DNA of 63,906 nucleotides, counting the filler, from Neoconidiobolus thromboides FSU 785 (Eukaryota; Fungi; Entomophthoromycota): assembly GCA_025603075.1 (NCBI GenBank). It is 10 parts of 10 records of this genome, joined end to end, with 100 filler letters (N's around TTAATTAATTAA, not from the genome) between each part and the next. Parts side by side here need not be neighbours in the genome. Positions count along the whole stretch, not along the records: positions 1 to 3,647 come from MU626810.1; positions 3,748 to 22,976 come from MU626562.1; 8 more parts are not named here. One strand, written 5' to 3'. Below the pieces are notes generated by a model. It was not told where the DNA came from, did not search any database, and saw only the letters and a program-made list of their open reading frames with translations. Of this stretch, positions 1 to 10,711 are shown piece after piece (position 1 is the stretch's first letter; each line of letters starts with the position of its first letter). A program made the position numbers and the translations under genes.

Positions 1-995
1 TCCTTATTAATTTGGAAAAATAGATTATCTTTAATAGTCACTTGTTTTGTTAAATCCTTTGCTATATTTCCTAGTTTACTTCCTTCTTTTAATGGATTTT
101 CAGCGTCCAATAAATTGTTTTTATTAAATAGTTGGATGTATTTCTCTATTGTATTATTTGGATTACTAAAGACCAAAAATTTGTCAAAAACAAATTGGAT
201 AAATCTAACTTGAACTTGTTTTGAGTCCTTATCCTCAGATTGAATATCAGGCAAAAAAGTAGCCAAACCTTTATTAAAATGATCATCAATGGAGGTAACA
301 AAACCCAAACCATGTAATAACTCATGAGAAATTAGATCTAAAAAACTAGCTTTATCTCCACCTTTAATCCTTGAATTTGGGAAATAATAAGGTGCCTTGG
401 AATTAAATTCAGCAAAGATATCATATTGATGATACTCAACATTCCTGGGCTTCTTGGGAATTAACTGCTTATATAATGCTTGGGGATATAATCTTATTAT
501 TCCCTTTTCATCTGCTATCGGAAAACTTCTTGATGGTAATGCTTGACCTAGCATATAATTATCCCCTTCAGGACATTCATCTTTACCTTCACAGAATGGA
601 TAAAAGGAAGCTTGAATTGATATAGGATGAGTCAAATTTATAGCATTTTCCAAGAATACAGCCATTGAAATCAAGCCATTTTCAATGTTCTTACATAATT
701 CTTTAGCAGCCTCACAGTAAAAATCCACTTGTACTTTGTTAGACGTAGGAGTTATTATCCTATGATCTTTATCTTGTTGACCAAGATTGGATCGTTTCCA
801 TAACGTTCTGTAAGTCTGGATTGGCTTAATATTACAATTATTCGACTTTAACTTACTATTTGGTCCATATTTATCATGAGTTGAATAATGATCATAACAT
901 CTTGACACTGTTGATGGATTTATTTGTTGTGATGTTGAAACTGATAATATAAAAGATAAACTTAGTATAAGATAAAAATGATTGATAAATAACAT
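1..995 (-). CDS. Secreted zinc metalloprotease-like protein (HEXXHxxG motif), 3' end runs off the window
   Basis: Hand translation from ATG at 995 is open to position 1: hydrophobic leader MLFINHFYLILSLSFILSVSTSQ, then ...YDIFAEFNS...FLDLISHELLHGLGFVTS.... Missing from the ORF track because no stop lies inside the window. Confidence 0.85.
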   Translation of the reverse strand, partial: MLFINHFYLILSLSFILSVSTSQQINPSTVSRCYDHYSTHDKYGPNSKLKSNNCNIKPIQTYRTLWKRSNLGQQDKDHRIITPTSNKVQVDFYCEAAKELCKNIENGLISMAVFLENAINLTHPISIQASFYPFCEGKDECPEGDNYMLGQALPSRSFPIADEKGIIRLYPQALYKQLIPKKPRNVEYHQYDIFAEFNSKAPYYFPNSRIKGGDKASFLDLISHELLHGLGFVTSIDDHFNKGLATFLPDIQSEDKDSKQVQVRFIQFVFDKFLVFSNPNNTIEKYIQLFNKNNLLDAENPLKEGSKLGNIAKDLTKQVTIKDNLFFQINK

Positions 996-2084
996 ATTAT
1001 TTAATGAAAAAAATGATAAAAAATGAAAAATAAAAGAAATTCATCTGAGTTTTTTATTTATATACAATTTATGTGAAATTAAATTAATTAGTATTAATGT
1101 ATTATAATATCAAAGATAAAAGTAAATGTTTATACAACTTTTTACTTATTTAAATATTAAATAATTTCTTTGAGTAACTCATAATTTATTAATTATATGC
1201 CTATTATTCTTGAATCTATTTATAAAAATGATTAAATGCATTAAAATTAATAATTTTATTAGCGGTTTAGTAGATTGTACTAATGTTTTTTAATGTTTTT
1301 TAATGTTTTTATACTTAATAATAGTTGTCCAATATTTAATCTATTAATTTTTTAATCATTTTTGATTTTAAAAATAAGTCTAATATTAATTTGTACAATA
1401 CTGATAAAAGTGAGTAAACGTTTGTCTTTTTTACTTTTCTAATAACATTTTAATGTTAATACTAATTGCATTTTGATGATTTTTACTTTTCAAAGTTGAA
1501 AATGAGTCCAAACTTTCATTAAAAAAACATTATTATACTACATGTCTAACAAAGCAAGATTTATCATTTATAATTATATAAATAACTGATTCTAATTCCA
1601 ATGAAAATAAAATAACTCTCCTTTGGGCAAAATAATAAATATTAAAAGCTTTAGATCTTCGATTTGTATATGTATGTTTTAAAGGCTTCAATTATATATA
1701 TAAGATACTTCCACTTACTTTTAGTAAGTTTTAGATCCAATATATTGATTTTAGCTATAAGCACGTTTTATTATAAAAAAACAATTAACCATAATCCCCC
1801 GCCTCCACAAACATTAAGAAAAAACAGGTTATTAGTATTGATTTATTTTAAAAAACCTATCAGTTTTCATAACTAAAATTAGATCCTACTTGTTTGTTTT
1901 ATTAAATTAATCTTTCATATGGAAGATTTGATTTATTTAAGACAATTAATACTTTGAGAAATATTATTCTATTTGATACCAGAAGGAAGTTTAAAGACTT
2001 GAGAGACTTAAAATCCTTTAATAGGTAATATATAAGATAACATTTTAACATATAGTTTCTTTTTTAATAAGTAGATTATCTTAT

Positions 2085-2183
2085 GGGGATGTTTTTTTTG
2101 GCCTCATCACTTTTTCCATCTTTTAAGTGCTATTTAAGTGGAAAGATTGCTAGTAAAATTCTTAAACATAAAAATACATTCAC
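2085..2183 (+). mobile_element. MITE copy (~100-bp GGGG...CCCC family; strand is an arbitrary family orientation)
   Basis: Family core TCA(T/C)TTTTTCCATCTTTTAAGTGCTATTTAAGTGGAAAGATTGCTAGTAAAATTCTTAAAC; flanks TTAT/TTAT. Confidence 0.85.
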
Positions 2184-2598
2184 TTATGATCTAGTCAAAA
2201 AACATCATTTCTTTAAGTCTCTACCTTTTTCCTAAAGAACTATGATTACACTTACTATTAAGGATTGATTATAACTTTTTTGAGTAAAGGATGTAAACCA
2301 CCTTCATATGAATTTCCTTTCTTCTTTGTTTGAATTTTGGACTAAATAATCCACTTCTTTGACTCCCTAACAAAATGGAAATTTGATCTTATCACTAGTT
2401 AAATAACTGAGCCTAAATACTAACTATTCAAAATGAAGTTGGTCCTTCTATTTTGTTTATTATTTCATACTATTGTGTATTAAATTAATTACACTTTTAT
2501 TTTGATATTTGTTCCAAAAGATAATGTTTTTGTTCAGATAAAAACTAAGTGATTCTAACAACGATCGAAAATAAGGAGAAATCGGAAGTGATATGTGA

Positions 2599-3069
2599 TG
2601 TGAAATATCGCTTTGTCAACCCTATAGTTAATTATAATATAATAATCGCCTAAGCTGTTGTGATCTCAATTTTAGAGAAAATCAATCTCACACTTTTAGT
2701 TTGATTTGCTATGAGAATTTCTAGCTTCATCCCAAAGAATATTATTTTCTCGTTTTGATACTTGTACTTGCATTTGTCAGAGTATAAAAGAGATTTTAGA
2801 GTATAGTAGTTCAAGGCTTTTTAACTGAATTATTCCCTGATATCTCGTACATTTAATAAAGCCATTAAGTTTTCTTAATAGTATTTTACGTAGATTTTTA
2901 CATTAGTATTGTCTATTCTATTTGCTTTACATAGTATGTAGCCTATTACGTGCTATCCTCCATAATTCAAGTCTATCTTAGTCACATAAACTAAGACCTT
3001 TTGACTTATAATGTAATCAACCAGGCAATAGCTGTTTTTGACTCTAATCACTGAGTACCAGATTTCACA
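2599..3069 (+). mobile_element. Solo LTR (TG...CA, ~470 bp)
   Basis: Ends TGTGAAAT/ATTTCACA (8-bp inverted repeat); internal TATAAAA followed by AATAAA; GTGA on both flanks; homologs at 24369, 47164, 50687, 62194. Confidence 0.75.
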
Positions 3070-3299
3070 GTGAACACTTAGTCCAAGTAGAGAAAGAAGT
3101 AAAAGAATCCATTATAAAATGGAAAATAAGATACAAGCTGATGATTTTCACTTTGTAATTAAAAAGAGATCGAATGTGACAGCTTTTTATCTTTCGAGAA
3201 TTTATTTTAAAATTGAGTGAAAAATTTATTAAGATGAGGGACTATTATCTACTCACTAAAATTCAAGTTATTAAATTTCAAAGTTGATGATTAAAATGT

Positions 3300-3393
3300 G
3301 GGGCTGTTTTTTTAATTTCATTTTTCTATCTTTCAAGCACTATTTGAGTGGAAAGATTGTTAGTAAAATTCTCAAATACAAAAACATAGTCCC
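3300..3393 (+). mobile_element. MITE copy
   Basis: Family core present; flanks ATGT/ATAT. Confidence 0.8.
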
Positions 3394-3463
3394 ATATATA
3401 AAATTGAAAATGTTTGAAATAATCAACAATATATAAATAAATAGATTTCAATTTTAAAACGGA

Positions 3464-3647
3464 TTAATTTATTAAACTCAAAATCAAGATTATAAAGAAA
3501 AAGTTTAAATTAACTTTAAAATTGACAGTAGATGAATAATTATTAGAGGAATATAACATATTATAAGAATGCTCTTGAGATGGATTTTTGGTTAATGTAT
3601 ATCCCATAGCTTCTAAAATAGCTAATGTATTTGGTCCATAAGGAGCT
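3464..3647 (-). CDS. C-terminal fragment of a probable metalloprotease paralog with hydrophobic (GPI-signal-like) tail; 5' part lost in gap
   Basis: Translation APYGPNTLAILEAMGYTLTKNPSQEHSYNMLYSSNNYSSTVNFKVNLNFFFIILILSLIN*; same strand as and just upstream of the protease at 1-995. Family link rests on my recall of a GPxTxxxLxxMGY-like C-terminal motif. Confidence 0.5.
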
Positions 3648-3747
3648 NNNNNNNNNNNNNNNNNNNNNNNNNNNNNNNNNNNNNNNNNNNNTTAATTAAT
3701 TAANNNNNNNNNNNNNNNNNNNNNNNNNNNNNNNNNNNNNNNNNNNN
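3648..3747. other. Assembly gap linker
   Basis: 44 N + TTAATTAATTAA + 44 N; same linker at 22977, 35935, 37578, 44000, 50789, 58128, 60330, 62599. Confidence 0.97.
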
Positions 3748-3765
3748 TATGCTTGTCATGAATAA
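3748..3765 (+). CDS. Last codons (YACHE*) of a gene otherwise lost in the gap; paralog of 22899-22976
   Basis: 3748-3782 is the exact reverse complement of 22882-22916, with diverged similarity continuing into the 3' flank. Confidence 0.5.
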   Translation, partial: YACHE

Positions 3766-4059
3766 GTGGAGATGAGAAATAATGAATTTGATATTTATTA
3801 TTTTAAATTTGTTTGACTTTTAATAAATGTTAATATCCCTTTCAATTGTTTAGATTATATTATTACTTATTTTAATTATTTGGCTTTAAACTCAATATTA
3901 TCAATATATACTTTTGTTATTTTTATAAATTTCATTAGAATTCATAAAACTTAAAAATATACAATTTTCTGACTATACATGGGGATGTATTTTTTTGCTT
4001 AATAATTAATTTTGGAATATCTTCACATCTTCCAACTACAAAATACAATTTATCTAACT

Positions 4060-4360
4060 TAATACATCACTGTAATACTTATACATTGTAATCTCCGCTA
4101 AAGCAACCAATTCAAGCAAATAGGTTCAACAACAGGATAACAAAATCCAAAAAACCCAACTCATAAATCTTAAGAGTTGTAATCCCTCAAAAAAAGATCA
4201 CTTTTGTTTAACATGCCAAGCTTATTAGCTTCTGGTTTGTATCGCATTTTTTCAAGCTCAATTAACTTGAATTTAAAAAAACTTAAAATTTCTCTTAGAT
4301 ATAGAACAATTCAAATCTTAAACTCAGCTTTAAAATTCTGATAATACCAACCATTCAAGA
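4060..4360 (-). pseudogene. Possible decayed pogo/Tigger-like transposase fragment
   Basis: Broken-frame peptides GWYYQNFKAEFKI, LNKSDLF*G and ILLSCC, in the order of pogo motifs GWxxxFK, FNxDETGLFW and TLLxCxN; heavily degraded. Confidence 0.25.
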
Positions 4361-4970
4361 TGAATTTGGCCTTTTTAATGTAGTGATTACAAACAAGGGA
4401 TTTAAATCAAGTTACTTAATAGCTCTTCATTTAATTCCTACTTCTAGCCTATAAAGATACATAATCAAACTCATTCGATTGGCTAATTACTGACATTGAC
4501 TACTAATCAATTACTTGATATTATTGCTTCCATTAACTAATTCTTGGGACAAGCAGTTTCTTTTTTATTAAAAAATACCAAATTTATACTAAACTTCTTT
4601 ATTTCTATTTTTCCTTTATATTGGTCAATAGATTTCTCATGATAACATCAAACAGAGAACATTAAAATACATTTATTTCAAAACTTGACTTGACACTTTA
4701 TCCATTTATTCATTACTCACTATTCAAAACTCCAAGCCTAGAACTTTCAACCATATTTTGAAATATGTTTATTTAGCCTTCATTTCACTTAATAATCGCT
4801 TATAAACACAAGCCTTTTTTTTAAATGATTCGTTTGTCCATTATTTGAAACATTGACTATATTTTTATTGTTCTATTCCTCAACCTTTTACATTGAATTC
4901 AAAATCCACTCATTTTTTAAAATCATACAATTACTTACTACTCCCATAACTAACGTCTTCATTAGTATCT

Positions 4971-5067
4971 GGGGGTGTTTTTTTGGCTTCATTATTTTTT
5001 CCATCTTTTAAGCAGTATTTCAGCGAAAAAATTATTAGCAAAATTCTTAAACAAAAAAAACATCCCC
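4971..5067 (+). mobile_element. MITE copy
   Basis: GGGGGTGTTTTTTGG...AAAAACATCCCC; flanks ATCT/ATCT. Confidence 0.9.
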
Positions 5068-6099
5068 ATCTACTTTTTAGCTAATTAAAAGACATTAGGT
5101 CAAGGTAAAAACTTTGGGACTAATTTACAAAAAATTGATATAAGCTTTAGTTTTTTAGTCTAACTCTATCACTATCTTACACACAGTTTTTTGTATCTTC
5201 TCACTGTATTAATCTAATTACAATCCTTTTAGAAATCAAAATTAACTAGATAAATGCTCCTTTTTCTGACTCTTTTAATATGAAAAAGTAGTTGAGATCA
5301 AAGTCTTTTTTGAATATTATTGCATAGGGAGAAAATAAAGTAAATTTGAAAATAGTGTCTAAAATTTGAAAACATTGAAATATTTAAAATGATTTTTATA
5401 TAATGAAATCCAACAGGGGTATTTTATAAATTCTATTTATTTATGACTACTATTAGTTGTATCGTTGTTGCTTATTATAAAATTTAATATAATTAATATA
5501 GAAAGTTTTCTAAAGTTAATAAATTTATAATAAAATAAAATTCTAATGTTTTAATATTATAGTATTTTGCAAATGTATATAGATTTCATCAAAATAAATC
5601 TTAATTTTTATCATTCCATATTAAATATTAATTTATAAAATTCAAAATAAAAGAAAAATTATAGTATCAATTAATATAAAAATTAGTTATCAATTATTAT
5701 TTGTCTTTACAATAATTATTTCAGTAAGAGCTCTAAAAAATAAAAGATCTACCCAAAATAAAATCCTTTTTTAAGCTTAAAATGAAATCATTACTAAGCT
5801 CTAACCTCTACCTAATCATCCTTATTTTTTTTAAAATGATTTACTATTTGCATACAAGATGACTTCAACCATCATGACTTTTTTGGTAAAGTTTCCAATT
5901 AGCGAGTTAAAGCTAGTAGTTTAGTCCAGTTGAGCAAAATTATTGATTCAATTTATTTTTTTTATAAAAAAAGCTTCTATTGGCACCAAAATTTAGGACT
6001 AGTTTTGTGCTCAAAGGGTCAAAAAAGCTTCAATTTAACTTGAATTTGAGTTTTGTTTATTTATTATTTTAATACCAAAAAAAAATCGATCCCAAATCA

Positions 6100-8740
6100 A
6101 TGCAATTACAAAATCTAGCTAAAAGTCCCACTGCTGGTTTACAAGCCCATTTAATTACAGTAGGTAATTACCGAATCCTATTAGATTGTGGATTAAGTCA
6201 GCGTAATTCTTCTTATATAACTACTCCCTCTTTGCCCATACCAACTTTGGGCTTATCAGATTTATTATCTTTTTTAAATGAAAAAGTGGAAATAGAAAGC
6301 ATTGATTTAATCTTAATATCCAATTATCAATTTTGTTTAGCATTGCCTTTTATTACCGAATACACCAAGTTTAAAGGAAAAATATTGGCTACAGAGCCAA
6401 CGAGATATTTTTGTGGGTAAGAATTCAATATTTGTTTATGTCGATTATGGCGTTGATGAAGTGTTTTTAAATTAGGAAATTACTTGAAGAAGTGGCATTG
6501 TTGTTTCAAAATAAAAATGAGATGAATGAAAATGGCAATGAAGGAAGGTAAGTAATTTATCCTGTTTTTCAAGATAATTGATTAGATTTAATTGATATTG
6601 ATTATAATTGAATTTAGTTATTATACATGGGATAAAAATGATATGAATCGAAAAAAAGAGGAAGGTTTATTTTATTATAATTGTATGTATACTTTTGAAG
6701 AAGCAAAATTAAGTCATAAGAAGATTCAAACATTGAGTTACAGACAGAAGATGGTAAGTCTAGAAGATGGATTTTTATTTCCTTTTTTGATTTGTTGATT
6801 AAATGATTGAATAATGATTATTAACGTAATTCTTCTTATAGAATTATTACCAAGAACTTTATATTACTCCCTTTTGTTCAGGTTATAGTTTAGGTGCTTG
6901 TAACTGGTTAATAGAATATCAAGAAATAGCTGTAAGTTTATTAGTATTAATAATATAGTAATAGACTAATCAGATATTAATATAGTTTGGTTATATTTCT
7001 AGCTCTAGTCTAATTAATAATAATCCTAATAATCGACTAAAATTTCATAATGCTAAAATGGATTTCAATATCTTTAATTTAGCTAATCAAATTTTATTTA
7101 AAGATAATTTGTCCAATTTAAATTTGGAAAATTGTCATCCAATAGTTAATTTAGACAAACTAGTTAATGAAATTAGTAAGTTTTATTATATATTGTATAT
7201 TATTATATGATTTGTTCTTTTATTTATATGTTAATTTAATTTAATTTAGGAATTGATTTAGAAAATAATAAAATGGTAATAATACCTTCTTTAATTATGG
7301 GTATTACTTTTGATATATTGGAGGCTATAGCATTTAAATTAATCAATACGAATTGGGGCTCTAAATTAGAAAAAACACCAATATTAGTTATATCACCAAG
7401 TGCAGAATATAATTTAAGATATGCTAATATTTGTGCTGAATGGTAGTTAATTACAAAACTAATTTTTATTAATATATTGACTTATTATAATTAGGATGAA
7501 TAGTGATTATCAAGATAATTTAAGAAGAGGGGAATCAGCCTTTTTATTTAGTCGATTGATTGAAAGAGAAGATATCAAAATAGTTAAAGATCATCAAGAA
7601 AGTTCTGTAGCTTCAAGTATTGAAACAGGGGAAGGAATAATTATATTGTGTAGTTATCCTAATTTAAATAATAATATTATTAACGATTTAATTAATTTAA
7701 AATATAAAAGAAATATTTGTATTAAATATTGGGATGGAATGTTTCTTCCTAAAAAAGAATTAAGTAAAGATATTAATTTTTTTGAATCTGAAATTAAAGT
7801 GGATATTAAGCTAACTATTTATCAAATTGTTCAATTAATTATCAATCATAGTAATACATTAAATAAAGTTATATTACCTAAAATAATGAAGAATGAAATA
7901 CAAAATAGTATCTTAAATGAAAGCGAAATTCAAATATTATTCGAAGATTACGAAAGTGACTATTTATTAACAGAGAATAATAATTTAAATAATCAATTAA
8001 GATGTAGTTATTTTAAATTTGGATTAATGAATTTAAAATATGCTCAAACATTAAAATTAATTAAAAATCAAAAAAATCAAACAGCAACGTATTTAAAAGG
8101 TAATTTAAATTGTAAAGACAATTTATTTTTATTAGGAGAAAAAAATCAATTAAATAAAGAATATAAAAAGATTTTAAATAATAACAATAACATTAATGAA
8201 ATGGAAAATCAGATTATTATTAAACAAGATTATTTACCTTTTATGGGTTTTAATAAAATACATTTGAATGAATTATGTACTCATTTAAATAGTTGCGGTA
8301 TTAAAACAGAAGTTTTAGAATTGAATGAAGAGAATATAGATAATAAAGAAAAACCAATTGTTAATAACGCTATTACGATTGATTGTTTAATGTTAAATTG
8401 TCAGCTTGAATTTACTTTAGAAAGCATTATTATCTATAGTGAAGATATTATTATCAGTAATAAATTAAGTCATATGATTTACACTTACTTAAATCAAAAA
8501 TTTATTCAACCAATTAAATTACAATATCAATTAGGGAAAGCAGACAATAATAATAATAATATCAATGACAATAACAATCATAATAATAATAAAGGACTGA
8601 ATAATATTCATAAATTAAGATCGCCAAATACAAATATCAATGGGAATGGGATAGGTAATAATAAAAATAGGTTTAGAAATCGTAATAGAGGTGGGAATAG
8701 TAATGGTTATAGAGGTCGTAGGCAACAAAGAGAGGAATAA
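6100..8740 (+). CDS. INTS9: Integrator complex subunit 9 (metallo-beta-lactamase/beta-CASP fold), 6 introns
   Basis: Motifs ILLDCGL, IDLILISNYQFCLALPFITEYTKFKGKILATEPT and SGYSLGACNWLIE. GT-AG introns at about 6417-6475, 6548-6617, 6754-6841, 6932-6985, ~7176-7249 and ~7443-7493; the first four exons were checked to splice in frame. Confidence 0.85.
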
Positions 8741-9107
8741 AGGAGAGACTAAGATGAAATGAAATGAGATGGAAGTTTATTTATATTGTTTGTATTGGAA
8801 ATTGAAAAATGAAATAAAAAATAATGATTTTATACTTTATTATTGTTATTAATTTTTATTATTATTAAAAAAATATAGAAATATATATTTTGTTAAACAT
8901 ACTTGTTCAAAAACTAAAATAAACAAGAATCAGATAATCTAACGAAATATAAAAATGAGGTTGAATTTAGTAAAACCAGATAGAAGGGAGAGACTATATA
9001 CCTAATTGATGCCAAATGAGGACTTGAGGGCATTTGTAAAGGCATGCAAACCATCTTAACAAGGGCAACCCAATTTAAGAAAAAAGATTCATTGGAAGAA
9101 GCAATAT

Positions 9108-9206
9108 GGGGATATATTTTTGTGTTTAAGAATTTTACTAATAAATTTTCCGCTTAAATAGCGCTTAAAAAATGGAAAAAATAATGAAGTAAAAAAAAAC
9201 ACTCCA
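9108..9206 (-). mobile_element. MITE copy
   Basis: Family core in reverse orientation; flanks ATAT/ATAT. Confidence 0.9.
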
Positions 9207-9371
9207 ATATTATAGTTTTGAAGTTAGAGTTATAAAAGTTTCAATGAAAGACTCATACAACAGATAACGGAAACAATGCTTGAATATAATTTAGGAAGCT
9301 TGAGGTAAAATTATTGACCCTGTGCAAATCTAGGTTTTAGGATTGTGGTTTTAGACGAGGACCTTTGAGAA

Positions 9372-9465
9372 AAGGAATCTGATTTTTTTATTTCATTTGT
9401 CAAATTTTTAAATACAATTGACTGAAAAAGTAGCCAGTAAAATCCTTTAATAAAAAAATACCATC
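9372..9465 (+). mobile_element. Degenerate MITE copy
   Basis: Weak match: TTTCATTTGTC...GTAAAATCCTTTAATAAAAAAATACCATC followed by ATAT. Confidence 0.5.
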
Positions 9466-9670
9466 ATATGAGATATCTTTTTCCTTTCATTTAATTATCA
9501 ATTTTCTAGCGCTATTGAACAGAAAACAAATTAACCCTTTCTATCCTATAGACGAAATTTCTCGCTATGGCTTTTTTCCAAAGATTAGTTATGACAAGAT
9601 TAATTGTCCATAAGGTCGAAAGGATTAAATAAAAAAGACATACTGATAGATCAAAGAAACAAGAAACTAA

Positions 9671-10711
9671 TTATTGAACCATATTAAAAGCCAACTTCTT
9701 ATTGGAACTAAAAATCCAATTATACCAAACTCCCATTAAATAATAGAAATCCCTCTTTGTAGGTTCATGTAACAAGACCAAAAATAATGGATTGACTAAA
9801 TTAATACAATTGATAGTGACTGCAAATACAGCATCCGCTACTCTATCCCTTTCTCTAAATTGAATTATTTCAGATAAAGTGACAATTACATAAGGTAAGA
9901 TAGTACATAAATAAAAAAATAATAAACATGTCATTTTAATTAATATACTTATACTTTGTCGAGTATTTCTTTTTTTGATATTGTAATTATGCATACGGTC
10001 TATATGGCCAATTGAGGTTGGTGTAGTTGAAGCGGAAATACCACTTTGTCCATCAATATTGTTACTCTCCATAGTAAATTGATATTGGTTTAATTTTTGC
10101 ACAAATCTTAATGTAATGAACACATAAAAAATAGTCAAAGCAATGACTTGTAATCCATACATCACTGTTGTTACAATGAGATAAGTTAAATCAAACTTAT
10201 TATTTAGATCTGAAGGTTGACACCAGACAATTGCCCCTAATGGTTTCCATTCTGTAAATACCAATGCCAATGCACTTAATACACCACAAAACACTATATA
10301 GCCTACTGTTATCCAAGCAAACACTTGTATATCTACATTCCATCCTAGTACAATTTTAAAATATCTTAAACTAGCTAATAGGGTAACTAATCCAATACTT
10401 AACATAATTGAAAAGGAGTTAATAAACATAGAGACAGCACACCATATAGGATCAAATAGTATAAGTTTATCGGTGGAAAAACGAATACTGGTATGGATCA
10501 CGCCCCAAAGAGCATATACCAAGTCGGCGAGGGTAATGAGACGAACGAGTTGAAGGTCAAATGCTTTACTATGGTTTTGTTTGATAAAAGCGATGTATAT
10601 TACTATAAAGTTGAGGAGAAGCGAGAGGTTACAGATGACATTGATTAAGATGCTAGTGATGTAGTTGAGGCTAAGGAGGGAGTCGGATGGAGATGTGAAA
10701 GTAGGGTCCAT
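9671..10711 (-). CDS. Rhodopsin-like 7-TM G protein-coupled receptor
   Basis: Seven hydrophobic segments; TM2 LITLADL, TM3 Cys and LASLRYFKIV (DRY-like), ECL2 WCQP, TM7 NLVNPLFLVLLH. Confidence 0.85.
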   Translation of the reverse strand: MDPTFTSPSDSLLSLNYITSILINVICNLSLLLNFIVIYIAFIKQNHSKAFDLQLVRLITLADLVYALWGVIHTSIRFSTDKLILFDPIWCAVSMFINSFSIMLSIGLVTLLASLRYFKIVLGWNVDIQVFAWITVGYIVFCGVLSALALVFTEWKPLGAIVWCQPSDLNNKFDLTYLIVTTVMYGLQVIALTIFYVFITLRFVQKLNQYQFTMESNNIDGQSGISASTTPTSIGHIDRMHNYNIKKRNTRQSISILIKMTCLLFFYLCTILPYVIVTLSEIIQFRERDRVADAVFAVTINCINLVNPLFLVLLHEPTKRDFYYLMGVWYNWIFSSNKKLAFNMVQ

